From positions 1,792,001 through 1,856,000 of the forward strand of contig CAVYSW010000003.1 of NCBI GenBank assembly GCA_963771275.1: DNA of 64,000 nucleotides, read 5' to 3'. Positions 16,673 to 27,076 of this stretch are shown piece by piece. A program made the translations under genes and the position numbers. The stretch comes from an uncultured Gemmatimonadales bacterium. GTDB taxonomy: Bacteria; Gemmatimonadota; Gemmatimonadetes; Gemmatimonadales; GWC2-71-9. Numbering within the stretch: position 1 is the stretch's first letter; each line of letters begins with the position of its first letter. The notes under the pieces were generated by a model. It was not told the DNA's origin and searched no databases. It saw nothing but the letters and a program-made list of their open reading frames with translations.

Positions 16673-18693
16673 TCACCCCTTCACGTACCGATCATACCAC
16701 GCCAGGTACCGCTCGTAGCGGTCCTTCTGATAGCTCGGCTTGCCGATCCCGTGCGGCTGGCCGGGATAGACGACCAGCTCCGTGGTGCGGCCCAACCGCC
16801 GGAGCGCCTGGTAGAGCTGCTCCGAGTTCATGATCGGCACGTTCCAGTCGCGCTCGCCGCCCATGATCAGCGTGGGGGTCGTGATCTTCTCCACCGACCA
16901 ATAGGGCGAGATCCGGTCCCAGGCCTTCTGGTTCCGCCACGGGAGCCCGAGCTCGATCTCCCATAGGTTCTGGTAGTGGTCGTGTCCATAGTTCGACGTG
17001 TACAGCACCTCGCTGGCGCCCGTGATCGCCCCCTTGAACCGCGTGGTCTTGGTGATCACGTAGTCGGTCAGGATCCCGCCGTACGACCAGCCGCCCACGC
17101 CGAGGCGATCGGGATCGGCCACACCCATCCGCACGACATGGTCCGTCGCCGCCATCACGTCGTCGAAATCCTCGTTCCCCCAGTCGGCGAAGATCGCGCG
17201 CGCGAACGCGCTGCCGTAGCCGGATGACCCCCGCGGATTGGGCAGCACGACCGCGTAGCCCTTGGCCGCGAACAACTGCGCCTCGAAGTTGAACCCCCAC
17301 TCGTACTCGGACACCGGGCCGCCGTGGAGCCGGAGCAGGGTGGGGGAGCGCTTTCCCGACTCTGCGCCCACCGGGCGATAGAGGAACGCTTCCACCGTGA
17401 CCCCGTGCGTGCTGGGGAAGCGGATCTTCTCGGCACCGGCGAGCCGGACCTTGGGAGAGCCACTCGTCGTTCGTGTGGCTGATGCGGCGCAGCGTGTCCG
17501 GGCCGACCGCGAAGATCTCCGCCGGCAGCTCGGGCTCGCTCACCAGCGCCACGAGCTGCCCATCGCGGCCCGCGTCGAACGTGGAGACCGTCCGCGGCCC
17601 GCTCGTGATCGGGACGAGCGCGCCGCCCGTCACGGGCACGCGCACGAGCTCGGAAGCGCCGGCATCCTGAAGCAGCAGCACGATGCTCCGGCCGTCGGGC
17701 GCGAACCCGGGGCCCGCGCCGGGCCGGTCCAGCGCGGCGGTGAGCGCACGCGGCGTCGCCGCCCTCCACGGCGACGATCGCCAGATGCTCGGGGTCGTAG
17801 ATCATCCCGATCGGCTCGGTCGCCGTGTTGCGCGTGTAGGCGATCCAGTGGCCGTCGGGACTCCAGGCCGGTGCGTGGTCGGGTCCCGGATTGTCGGTGA
17901 GCCGCCGCACCGTATCGCCCTTCGTCGTGTCGTCGCTCGCCACCAGCCAGAGGTCGTCGTTGTCGGAGCCGTCCACGCTGTCACGGTTGCTCACGAACGC
18001 GATCAGCCGGCCGTTGGGCGACCATTCGGGATCATCGTCGTCGTAATCGCCGGCCGTGATCTGGCGGCTGCTCCGGGCCGAGACGTCGAACACGAACAGG
18101 TGGGTGCGGCGATGATCGAGGTAGCCCCGGCCGTCCCGCTTGAACTGCAGCCGGTCGATCACCCACGGCGGGGCTGTCTTGGCCGCCCGGCCATACCACG
18201 AGGTGTCACCCGCCTGCTCCGGCGTGGGGTCCCGGATCACGAGCGCCAGGCGCGTGGCGTCGGGCGACCAGGTGAAGCCGTCCACCCCCTGCTTGACCTC
18301 GGTGAGCTGCTCGGCCTCGCCGCCCAGCCGGTTGAGCCGCCAGACCTGCGTCTCGCCGCCCGAGCGCGCGGCGAGGAACGCGAGGTACTTGCCGTCGGGG
18401 CTCCAGCGCGGGCTCGACGCCGACGAGCCCTTGGCGGTCATCGGGATCGCCTCGCCGCCGTCCAACGGCGCCATCCAGATTTGGGCTTCGGACTTGTCGT
18501 CCTTCAGGCTCGATGTGCTCACGACGTAGGCCACCCAGCGGCCGTCGGGACTGAGCTGCGGACTCGACACCCGTTTGATCTCGAGGAAATCGTCCACGGT
18601 GACGAGCCGGCGGGCCGGCTCCTGGGCGCGGACGGCGACGGGCAGCAGCGTGAGCAGGGCGGCGATGGCGACACGCGACGGTCGAGCGGACAT
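16673..18693 (-). CDS. S9 family (acylaminoacyl/dipeptidyl) peptidase with PD40 propeller; two apparent frameshifts (about 17755 and 17455)
   Basis: Signal peptide, WSPDG repeats, LHGGP, NPRGSSGYG, GWSYGG, DWNVP, PHG; split over three frames. Confidence 0.88.
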
Positions 18694-18915
18694 GGCGACT
18701 CCGGGTGGCGGATGGACGCGCCGGCAATCTAGTCAGGGTGCCGGAAACGGGGGATTCTCCAGTGGCCGAGGGAGTGGGCTCAGGACGCTGGCCGCGGGGC
18801 ACTCGGTCCGCGAGCTGGCCGGCCACGCGTGGGCTGGTCACCGGCGCGGGGCGCGGCCATTGCGAACCGCGCCGCGGCGAGGGAGAATGTAGGGGTTCAT
18901 CGCCCAGGCGGACCG

Positions 18916-19395
18916 ATGGCTTCCGAGATCAAGCTCCTGCTTGAGGTGCTCGACGCGGCGTTCTTGGGCCGCGGCTGGCAGGGGACGACGCTGAGCGGCG
19001 CATTGCGCGGCGTCACCCCGACGCAGGCGCTGTGGCGGCCGCGCCCCGGCCGGCACAACATCTGGGAGGTGGCGCTGCACACCGCGTACTGGAAGTACGT
19101 GGTGCGACGACGGATCACGGACGACGAAATGCGCGGGGCGTTCCCGCGGAGCCCGAGCAACTGGCCGGCCGTTCCGGCCGCGCCCGAGGTGACGGCCTGG
19201 CGCCGCGACGTACGGCTCGTGAAGGAGATGCATGCCGCCCTGCGGGCCGCCGTCGCCGCGCTGCCGCCCAAGCGCCTGGGCACCCGCGCTCCGACGGGAA
19301 AGTGGACCTACGCGGAGATGATCCACGGCGTCGCGGCGCACGACCTGTATCACACCGGCCAGATCCAGCTGATCAAGCGGTTGCTGCGCGGCTAG
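18916..19395 (+). CDS. DinB-family protein
   Basis: HNIWEVALHTAYW and HDLYHTGQIQL His motifs. Confidence 0.85.
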   Translation: MASEIKLLLEVLDAAFLGRGWQGTTLSGALRGVTPTQALWRPRPGRHNIWEVALHTAYWKYVVRRRITDDEMRGAFPRSPSNWPAVPAAPEVTAWRRDVRLVKEMHAALRAAVAALPPKRLGTRAPTGKWTYAEMIHGVAAHDLYHTGQIQLIKRLLRG

Positions 19396-19568
19396 TACAT
19401 CGGTTCCCAACTACGGTTGCGTATTGCACCGCGGAGACCGCAGCGATCGCAGAGTGACGGCAAGCCCGACTCCGCGCTGGACCGCGGCCACGAGTCTTTG
19501 CGTCCGCTGCGCATTCTGCGGTTGATGCATCCATCCCCGCGTTGGAACCGTCAAGCGAGGTTCGCACC

Positions 19569-20060
19569 ATGACACGACGCTACTGGCTCATGAAAGTCGA
19601 GCCCTCCGCCTACACGATCGCCGATCTCAAGCGCGACGGCCGGACCGGCTGGGAGGGCGTGCGGAACTACAAAGCCCGGAATCTGCTGCGCGATGAGATC
19701 AAGGTGGGCGACGGTGTGCTGTTCTATGCATCGAATGCGGATCCGTCCGGCGTCACCGGGATCGCCGAGGTGGTGCGGGAAGGCTACCCCGATCCGCTCC
19801 AGTTCCAACGCGACCACCACTACTACGATCCCAAGGCGAAGACCGACGCCCCAACGTGGTACGCCGTGGACGTGGGGTTCGTGGAGCAGTTCGACGTCGT
19901 CGTGAGCCTCGCGGAGCTCAAGGCCCATCCCGTGCTGCGCGACATGATGGTGACCAAGCGTGGCATGCGGCTCTCGGTCCAGCCGGTGACGCCGCTGGAG
20001 TTCGAGACGGTGCGCGCGATGGGACGCGCCACGCGCCGACCTCAGGGAGGAAGTCGATGA
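19569..20060 (+). CDS. EVE domain protein
   Basis: YWLMKVEP, WEGVRNYKARN, YYDPK, RLSVQPV. Confidence 0.92.
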   Translation: MTRRYWLMKVEPSAYTIADLKRDGRTGWEGVRNYKARNLLRDEIKVGDGVLFYASNADPSGVTGIAEVVREGYPDPLQFQRDHHYYDPKAKTDAPTWYAVDVGFVEQFDVVVSLAELKAHPVLRDMMVTKRGMRLSVQPVTPLEFETVRAMGRATRRPQGGSR

Positions 20061-21145
20061 CGAACGCCCCCTCAGCCGCCCCGCACCGACCGGGGCGCCC
20101 CTCGCTCAAGATCGGCATGTCTCCCGGCACGCTGATCCACGTGGGCCGACCGCCGGACCAGGCCGTGACCGTCGAGGTGTGCCACTTCGAGAGCGAGCGT
20201 CCGCTCGAGCAGTGCGTCCTGGGGCGGGCGGACGAGGCCGCGCCGTACCGGGGCGCGGCCGGCGTCACCTGGATCGACGTGAACGGCGTGCACGACGTGG
20301 GCGTGATCGAGCAACTCGGTCAGGTGTTCGGGCTGCACCCGCTGCTGCTCGAGGACATCGTCAATACGCATCAGCGCCCCAAGCTCGAGCTCCACGGGGA
20401 GCATCTGTTCCTGGTGCTGAAGATGCTGCTCGACGATCCCGAGGCGGACGGCTTCGAGATGGAGCAGGTGAGCGTCGTGATCGGCCCGCGCTACGTGCTG
20501 ACGTTCCAGGAACGGGAGCGTGACACGTTCGATACTATCCGCCGGCGCCTGCAGGATCCCGCGACGCGCATCCGGCAGCACGGCGCCGATTTCCTGGCAT
20601 ACGCGCTCGTGGACACGATCGTCGACAACTACTTCGCGGTGCTCGAGCGCGTCGGCGACCGGATCGCGGAGCTGGAGGACGAGGTCCTGGAGTCGCCGGG
20701 CCGCGAGGCGCTCCAGCAGATCTTCAGCATCAAGGGGAGCCTCGTCGAGCTGCGCCGCGCGGCGTGGCCGCTGCGCGACGCCCTCTCGGCGATGAGCCGT
20801 GGCGACACGCCGCTGATCCAGCCGGCCACGCTGCCCTACCTGCGCGACGTGCAGGATCACGCGCTGCGCGTGATCGACACGATCGAGACCTACCGCGACA
20901 TGGCGACCACGATGGTCGAGATGTACATGTCGAGCGTCAGCAACCGGCTGAACGAGGTCATGCGGGTCCTCACCGTGATCGCGACGATCTTCATCCCGCT
21001 CACCTTCGTCGCCGGCGTGTACGGCATGAACTTCCGGTTCATGCCCGAGCTGGCGTGGCATTGGGGCTATCCCCTGATCTGGGGCGTGATGATCGCGATC
21101 GCGCTGGGCCTGCTGGTGTTCTTCCGCCGGCGCGGCTGGACGTGA
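20057..21145 (+). CDS. corA: Magnesium/cobalt transporter CorA
   Basis: LHPLLLEDIVNTHQRPK; YGMNF signature; MPELAW. Confidence 0.95.
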   Translation: MTNAPSAAPHRPGRPSLKIGMSPGTLIHVGRPPDQAVTVEVCHFESERPLEQCVLGRADEAAPYRGAAGVTWIDVNGVHDVGVIEQLGQVFGLHPLLLEDIVNTHQRPKLELHGEHLFLVLKMLLDDPEADGFEMEQVSVVIGPRYVLTFQERERDTFDTIRRRLQDPATRIRQHGADFLAYALVDTIVDNYFAVLERVGDRIAELEDEVLESPGREALQQIFSIKGSLVELRRAAWPLRDALSAMSRGDTPLIQPATLPYLRDVQDHALRVIDTIETYRDMATTMVEMYMSSVSNRLNEVMRVLTVIATIFIPLTFVAGVYGMNFRFMPELAWHWGYPLIWGVMIAIALGLLVFFRRRGWT

Positions 21146-21238
21146 CGTTGCGGGGGCCGGGAGCGATGTGTAGCTTCCGGCGTCCAATCTCTCCGGCGGT
21201 TACAGCGCCCCTAAGCTCCAGTCATCCAAGAGGTTACG

Positions 21239-21991
21239 GTGAAGACAGCCGTCTGCGTGAAGCGGGTACCGGACTCGGAAGCCCGCATCAAGATTGCCGC
21301 TGATGGCCGGTCGATCGACGAGGCCGGCGTCAAGTTCGTGCTCAATCCCTATGACGAGTTCGCGGTCGAGGAAGCGCTCAAGCTGAAGGGGGCCACGGGG
21401 GCGGGCGAGGTCGTGGTGGTGTCCGTGGGCGGCGACGCGTCACAGGAGACCATTCGCACCGCGCTCGCGATGGGCGCCGACCGCGGCGTGCTGCTCAAGA
21501 CCGACCGTCGGCCGCTCGACCCGCTGCCGGTGGCGCGCGCGCTGGCGGACGAGCTCAAGTCGGGCGGATACGATCTCGTGCTGTTCGGGAAGATCGCCGC
21601 CGACGACTGCAGCCACGCGACCGGCGCCATGGTGGCGGAGCTGCTGGCCGTGCCGTCGGTGACCGCCGTCTCGAAACTCCAGGTCGCGGAGGGAAGACTG
21701 TCCGCGGAGCGGGAGATCGAGGGGGGCGTGGAAGTCGTCGAGTGCGCCCTGCCGGCCGTGGTGACGGCGGAAAAGGGACTCAACGAGCCCCGCTATCCGG
21801 CGCTCAAGGGGATCATGGCGGCGAAGAAGAAGCCGCTCGAGGTAAAGCCGGTGACGCTGCCGGACCCGGGTCTCGAGGTCCTGCAGCTCGCGTACCCGCC
21901 CGAGCGCAAGGCGGGGCGGATCGTGGGCGAGGGGGCGGATGGCGTGCCGGCGCTGGTCGAGGCCCTCAGGCTGGAAGCGAAGGTGCTCTGA
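21239..21991 (+). CDS. etfB: Electron transfer flavoprotein beta subunit
   Basis: VCVKRVPD, NPYDEFAVEEA, LNEPRYPALKGIMAAKKK. Confidence 0.95.
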   Translation: MKTAVCVKRVPDSEARIKIAADGRSIDEAGVKFVLNPYDEFAVEEALKLKGATGAGEVVVVSVGGDASQETIRTALAMGADRGVLLKTDRRPLDPLPVARALADELKSGGYDLVLFGKIAADDCSHATGAMVAELLAVPSVTAVSKLQVAEGRLSAEREIEGGVEVVECALPAVVTAEKGLNEPRYPALKGIMAAKKKPLEVKPVTLPDPGLEVLQLAYPPERKAGRIVGEGADGVPALVEALRLEAKVL

Positions 21992-22965
21992 TGGCAAACG
22001 TTCTGGCGTACCTCGAGCAGCGCGACGGCGGCATCAAGCGCGTCGCCCAGGAAGCGCTCACGGCGGGCCGCGTGCTGGCGGACGGCCTCGGTGGAGAGCT
22101 GCATGCCATCGTCGTCGGGCCTCCCGGTCTCTCAGTGGACGTGGCGGGCGCGTACGGGGCGGACAAGGTGTTCGTCGCGGCGGACGAAGCGGCCCGGCTC
22201 TACCAGTCGGGACTGTACGCCGCGGCGGTCGCGAACCAGGCCCGCGCGGGCGGCTACGCAGCGGTGCTGCTGGGCGCCACGGCGATGGGAAAGGATCTGG
22301 GGCCGCGGATCGCCGCGCGCCTCGGCTGTCCGATCGCCGCCGACGTCACCGCGATCGCGGTCGAAGGCGGGATCGTGGTTACCCGGCCGGTGTATGGCGG
22401 CAAGGCGCTCTACCGGCTCAAGGTCACGGCCCCGTGCTGTGTGATCTCGCTCAGGCCGAACAACTTCACGGCCGCCGCCGCGCCGCGGACCGGAACCGCG
22501 GAGCCGGTGACGCTGCCCGCGGACGCGGGCGCGTCTGCGCGGACCGCGCAGGTGAAGGAGCCGGAACGCGCCGCGCTCGACGTGACCGAAGCCGCGATCG
22601 TCGTCGCCGGGGGGCGCGGTCTCAAGGAGCCGCAGCACTTCAAGCTGCTGGAGGATCTGGCGGCGGCGCTCGGCGGCCAGGCCGCGGTCGGCGCATCCCG
22701 CGCGGTGGTGGACGCGGGGTGGCGCCCCCACGCCGAGCAGGTGGGCCAGACCGGCAAAACGGTGAGCCCCAATCTGTACGTGGCGGTCGGCGTCTCGGGT
22801 GCGATCCAGCATCTGGCCGGGATGCGCACCTCGAAGGTGATCGTGGCGATCAACAAGGACAAGGACGCGCCGATCTTCAAGGTCGCCGACTACGGCGTCG
22901 TGGGAGACCTGTTCGAGATCGTCCCGCGCCTGATCGACGAGATCAAGAAAGTCCGGGGGAACTGA
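21991..22965 (+). CDS. etfA: Electron transfer flavoprotein alpha subunit
   Basis: [43 protein letters not shown]. Confidence 0.96.
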   Translation: MANVLAYLEQRDGGIKRVAQEALTAGRVLADGLGGELHAIVVGPPGLSVDVAGAYGADKVFVAADEAARLYQSGLYAAAVANQARAGGYAAVLLGATAMGKDLGPRIAARLGCPIAADVTAIAVEGGIVVTRPVYGGKALYRLKVTAPCCVISLRPNNFTAAAAPRTGTAEPVTLPADAGASARTAQVKEPERAALDVTEAAIVVAGGRGLKEPQHFKLLEDLAAALGGQAAVGASRAVVDAGWRPHAEQVGQTGKTVSPNLYVAVGVSGAIQHLAGMRTSKVIVAINKDKDAPIFKVADYGVVGDLFEIVPRLIDEIKKVRGN

Positions 22966-22966
22966 C

Positions 22967-23617
22967 ATGCTCCGTTCCGGTGTGCTCGCCTGCGCCGCGC
23001 TGCTCGCGACTGGGGTCGCGCGAGGACAGGAAATCCGTCGTGTCCAACCCACGGCGTTTCCCGCCGCCGTGGCGCTGTCGTTCGGGCTCGGCTTTGGCGG
23101 AGGGCGGGCCGACGCCGCGGCCGGGCAGGGCCTGTGCACCGGCGGCGGTGCCTGCCGGTTCAAGCTCGGATCGGGCCCGACGCTCGGGTTCGATGTGCAG
23201 CTGCCGGTGACCAGCACCCTGGGGGTCGGATTGAGTGGCGCCGTGGGGCGCCCGCCACGCGTGACCTGCGGGGCGGAGTGCACCAGCTCGGACAACGCGA
23301 CCGCGATCCACGTGTCGGCGCTGCTGCTGTGGCGCTTCAAGGCGCGCGCCCCGATCTACTTCGGCGTGGGCCCGACGTTGAGCTGGATCAACCCCGGGCC
23401 GGTCCTGCAGTGGGACACAACGGCCGTGAAGGAGCCGGGCGGCGTGCTGGTGATCGGCTACGACTTCGGCATCACACCGACGGTCGGTGGCCGGCTCGCC
23501 TGGTGGAACTACCTGACCAAGCCGGACGACTCCAGCCTGCCGAGCGTGCTCACCCCGGCCGGCCTGGCGTGGGACAAGATCTTCACGCTCGGCGTGCGGC
23601 TCGGGTTGCACAAGTGA
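22967..23617 (+). CDS. Putative outer-membrane beta-barrel protein
   Basis: Signal peptide, amphipathic strands (PIYFGVGP), C-terminal FTLGVRLGL. Confidence 0.6.
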   Translation: MLRSGVLACAALLATGVARGQEIRRVQPTAFPAAVALSFGLGFGGGRADAAAGQGLCTGGGACRFKLGSGPTLGFDVQLPVTSTLGVGLSGAVGRPPRVTCGAECTSSDNATAIHVSALLLWRFKARAPIYFGVGPTLSWINPGPVLQWDTTAVKEPGGVLVIGYDFGITPTVGGRLAWWNYLTKPDDSSLPSVLTPAGLAWDKIFTLGVRLGLHK

Positions 23618-25272
23618 GCGCGAGGACGATCGTCCCGGCGGCGAGCCAGCCCGCGCTGCCGATCGAACGGCTCATGCTCGAAGAGGCACCGCAAGACGAG
23701 CGCATCGATCTGGACGTCGTGTTCGTCGGAGGCGGGCCCGCCGGGCTCGCCGGCGCGATCGAGCTGGCACGCCTGGTGCGGCGGGACAACGAGGCGGGAG
23801 GCGGGCTTGGGCCGGTCGAGATCGGCGTGATGGAGAAGGCCGCGACGCTGGGGGAGCACTGCCTTTCGGGCGCGGTGCTGAACCCGCGGGCGGTGCGGGA
23901 GCTGTTCCCCGACGCGGAGCCCGCCGCCCTGCCGTTCCACACGCCCGTCACGCGCGAAGCCGTCTACCTGCTCACGCCGCGCGGGGCGCGCCGCCTCCCC
24001 ACCCCGCCCACCATGCGCAATCACGGCAACTACGTGGTCTCGATCTGCGAGCTGGTGCGATGGCTCGGCGCGCGCGCGGAGGAAGCCGGGATCAACGTGT
24101 TCGCGGGATTCCCCGCGGCGTCCCTGCTGATGAGCGGCGCCCGCGTGATCGGGGTGCGGACCTCGCCCGCGGGGCTGGGCCGCGACGGCGCGCCGCAGGC
24201 GAGCTTCCAGCCGGCGACCGACATCGCGGCGCAGGTCACGGTGCTGGCGGAAGGCACGCGGGGGCCGCTGGCGCAGGCGTGGTTCGCCCGCCAGGGCCTG
24301 CAGGGTGCGAATCCCCAGGTCTACGCGCTCGGCGTCAAGGAGCTGTGGGAGACCAAGCGCCCGCTGAACCGCGTCATCCACACCATGGGGTGGCCGCTGC
24401 CGCGGGACGCGTTCGGCGGCAGCTGGCTCTATCCGCTGGAGCCGAATCTGGTGTCGCTCGGGCTCGTCGTGGGGCTCGACTACCGCGACGCCGCGCTCGA
24501 CGTGCACGACCTGCTCCAACGCCTCAAGCTGCATCCGCTGGTGCGGCCGATCCTCGAGGGCGGCGAGCTGCTCGAGTGGGGCGCCAAGACGATCCCGGAA
24601 GGCGGCTACTACGCGGTCCCGCCACGCCGCTCGGGCGACGGGGCCCTCGTCGTGGGCGACGCCGTGGGATTCGTGGACGTGCCGTCGCTCAAGGGCATCC
24701 ACTACGCCATGCAGTCGGGGATCTACGCCGCGCGGGCCGCGTTTGCCGCGCTCAAGGCCGGGGACACCTCGGCGGCCGGCCTGGCCGCGTACGACCGGAT
24801 GGTGGACGACTCCTACATCATGCGGGACCTCTACCGCACGCGGAACATGCGGCTGGCCTTCAAGGACGGCTTCTTCCGCGGGGCGCTCAAGGCGGGGCTG
24901 ATGACCCTCACCGGCGGGCGGTTTCCCGGCTCCCGGATCGCCATGGAGCCCGACGCCGCGGCCCCGAAGCGGGTGGGCCCCGCGACGCCGTTCACGCCCG
25001 ACGCCGCGCTCACGATCTCCAAGCTCGACGCGGTGTTCAAGGCCGGGAACGCGACACGTGACGACATTCCGTCTCACCTGATCGTCCCGCAGGCGGCCGA
25101 TCGGGACACGGCGGAGCTGTACGCCCATATGTGCCCGGCCGGTGTCTACGAGTGGGTGGACGGCCTGCGCGTGAATGCGCCGAACTGCGTCGACTGCAAG
25201 GCCACGGACGTGCTCGGGCCGCGGTGGACCCCGCGCGAGGGCGGGAGCGGGCCGGCCTACAAGCGGATGTGA
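23614..25272 (+). CDS. ETF-quinone oxidoreductase
   Basis: VGGGPAGLA, CLSGA, GAKTIPEGG, KGIHYAMQSG, CPAGVYE...NCVDCK. Confidence 0.93.
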   Translation: MSARTIVPAASQPALPIERLMLEEAPQDERIDLDVVFVGGGPAGLAGAIELARLVRRDNEAGGGLGPVEIGVMEKAATLGEHCLSGAVLNPRAVRELFPDAEPAALPFHTPVTREAVYLLTPRGARRLPTPPTMRNHGNYVVSICELVRWLGARAEEAGINVFAGFPAASLLMSGARVIGVRTSPAGLGRDGAPQASFQPATDIAAQVTVLAEGTRGPLAQAWFARQGLQGANPQVYALGVKELWETKRPLNRVIHTMGWPLPRDAFGGSWLYPLEPNLVSLGLVVGLDYRDAALDVHDLLQRLKLHPLVRPILEGGELLEWGAKTIPEGGYYAVPPRRSGDGALVVGDAVGFVDVPSLKGIHYAMQSGIYAARAAFAALKAGDTSAAGLAAYDRMVDDSYIMRDLYRTRNMRLAFKDGFFRGALKAGLMTLTGGRFPGSRIAMEPDAAAPKRVGPATPFTPDAALTISKLDAVFKAGNATRDDIPSHLIVPQAADRDTAELYAHMCPAGVYEWVDGLRVNAPNCVDCKATDVLGPRWTPREGGSGPAYKRM

Positions 25273-25280
25273 TCGGGCGG

Positions 25281-26540
25281 TTACTCGAACGGCGGGTCCG
25301 CCACGTGGACGGGCTCGTCCAGCAGGATCGCGCTCAGCCTTTCGCCAACCGTCACCGCGTCGCGCGCGGCGGGAAGCACCAGCAGCGCGTTCGCCCGCGC
25401 CATCGACGTCAGAATCCCTGAGCCCTGGGGTCCGGTGAGCCGCGCGACGCGCTCGCCATCCTCTTCGACGACGACAGCGCGCAGGAAATGCGTCAGCCTC
25501 GCCGGGAAATGGAGTGGCTCGGCAAGGCGTACCGGCACCGTCCGCCGGAAGAACGTGCGGTAGCCGAGCAGCTTGCGCACGGCCGGTCGCACGAACAGCT
25601 CGAACGTCACCATGGTGCTCACGGGGTTGCCGGGGAGGCCGATCCACCGCACGCCGCCCAGGCGGCCGTACCCCACCGGCGCCCCCGGGCGCATGCTGAT
25701 GCGCCAGAACGTCAGGCTGCCGCCGGTCTCCTCGAGCACGCGCCGCATGTGGTCGTGCTCGCCGACGCTGATGCCCGCCGTGGTCACCAGCAGGTCCGCG
25801 TCGCGCGCGGCCCGCACTCGGCTGGTGATGTCCGCCGGGTCGTCGCGGGCGATCCCGAGGCTGACGGCGGTGGCCCCCGCCTGCCGGAGGCCGGCGAGCA
25901 GCGTGTAGGTGTTCGAGGACGCGATCTTGCGGCCCGCGCGGATCGCCGCGACCTCGTCGAGCTCGGCGATCTCGTCGCCCGAGCCGAGGATGGCGACCCG
26001 GGGCCGGCGATGCACCGCGACCTCCGCCATGCCGAGCGACGCCAGCACGCCGAGCTGGGCGGGTCCCAACGGCGTGCCCCGCTCGAGCGGCACGCTGTCC
26101 CGGCGGATGTCCTCCCCGCGGCGGCGGACGTTGTGCCCCACATCGCGCGGGTCGTCGATCCGGACCCGATCCCCGTCGAGCGGGGTCGCGTCCTCCTGGC
26201 GAATCACGCCGTCCGCCCCCACGGGGAGCGGGGCGCCCGTGAAGATGCGCGCGCACTCGCCGGGTCCGAGCGGACGGGTGGGAAATCCGCCGGCCGGGAT
26301 GGTCTCCCCCACGCGCAGCTCCACGGCGCCCGGCAGGGCGCCGGCGTCGCCGCTCCGGAAATCGGCGCCTCGGACGGCGTAGCCGTCCATGGCGGAGTTG
26401 TCCCACGGGGGCAGGTCGAGCGGGCTCCGCGCGTCCTCGGCGAGCACGCACCCGAGGGCGTCGGGCAGCGCGACCTGCTCCGCGGCGAGCGGTCGGAGGT
26501 CCTGCAGGATGGTCCGGGCGGCCTCTCCCGGCGATCGCAC
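25281..26540 (-). CDS. moeA: Molybdopterin molybdotransferase
   Basis: DNSAMDGYAV, RIFTGAPLP, SGDE, GLPGNPVS, QGSG. Confidence 0.95.
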   Translation of the reverse strand: MRSPGEAARTILQDLRPLAAEQVALPDALGCVLAEDARSPLDLPPWDNSAMDGYAVRGADFRSGDAGALPGAVELRVGETIPAGGFPTRPLGPGECARIFTGAPLPVGADGVIRQEDATPLDGDRVRIDDPRDVGHNVRRRGEDIRRDSVPLERGTPLGPAQLGVLASLGMAEVAVHRRPRVAILGSGDEIAELDEVAAIRAGRKIASSNTYTLLAGLRQAGATAVSLGIARDDPADITSRVRAARDADLLVTTAGISVGEHDHMRRVLEETGGSLTFWRISMRPGAPVGYGRLGGVRWIGLPGNPVSTMVTFELFVRPAVRKLLGYRTFFRRTVPVRLAEPLHFPARLTHFLRAVVVEEDGERVARLTGPQGSGILTSMARANALLVLPAARDAVTVGERLSAILLDEPVHVADPPFE

Positions 26541-26542
26541 GC

Positions 26543-27076
26543 CTAGCCCTCGACCACCAGCGCCCGTTCCCAGGCGAGATGCGCGAGACTGGTGAACCAG
26601 GCGGTGTCGGTGAAATTGAAGACGGGGCAGGGCAGCCGCAGCGTGCGGTCGTCCGTCACCATCGCGATCCAGTCACCGGGCTCCGTGCGCGACAGGTCGA
26701 ACAGCGGCGTGGAGTGTTCGCTCTTGCGGTGCACTTCGATCTTCGGCAGGGGGTAGCGCTTGAATCCCTCGACCACCACCATGTCGGTGTCGAGAAAATG
26801 GGCGCGCACGAGGGCCAGCGGGTCGGCCGTCTCCGCAATCCGCTCGAACAGCACGCGCTGTCCCGGGGATTCGAGCATCGTCTTCACGACGCCCCCCTCG
26901 TGGAAATGGCGCCAGGTGTCCTTCCCCTCCTGGTCCACGATGGCGGGGTGATGGCCGTGCTTGATGGTGCCGACGCGCCGGCCGCGTCGCACGTACTCCT
27001 GGGCGAGCGCCACGACGAGCGTCGTCTTGCCCGCATTCTTCTTGCCGATCACCGAGATCACGCGCGTTGCCGCCAC
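26543..27076 (-). CDS. mobB: Molybdopterin-guanine dinucleotide biosynthesis protein B
   Basis: GKKNAGKTTL, TIKHGHH, GKDTWR, VVVEGFK. Confidence 0.92.
   Translation of the reverse strand: MAATRVISVIGKKNAGKTTLVVALAQEYVRRGRRVGTIKHGHHPAIVDQEGKDTWRHFHEGGVVKTMLESPGQRVLFERIAETADPLALVRAHFLDTDMVVVEGFKRYPLPKIEVHRKSEHSTPLFDLSRTEPGDWIAMVTDDRTLRLPCPVFNFTDTAWFTSLAHLAWERALVVEG

Noticed and set aside
19569..20060. EVE domain as part of a modification-dependent restriction system
   Set aside because: It is a stand-alone EVE gene coupled to corA with no nuclease partner.
23509..26451. 980-aa minus-strand ORF and other long shadow ORFs (33211..35190, 45847..47877, 55523..57931, 59205..61055)
   Set aside because: They are antisense or off-frame to well-supported genes, have no motifs, and are expected in stop-poor high-GC DNA.
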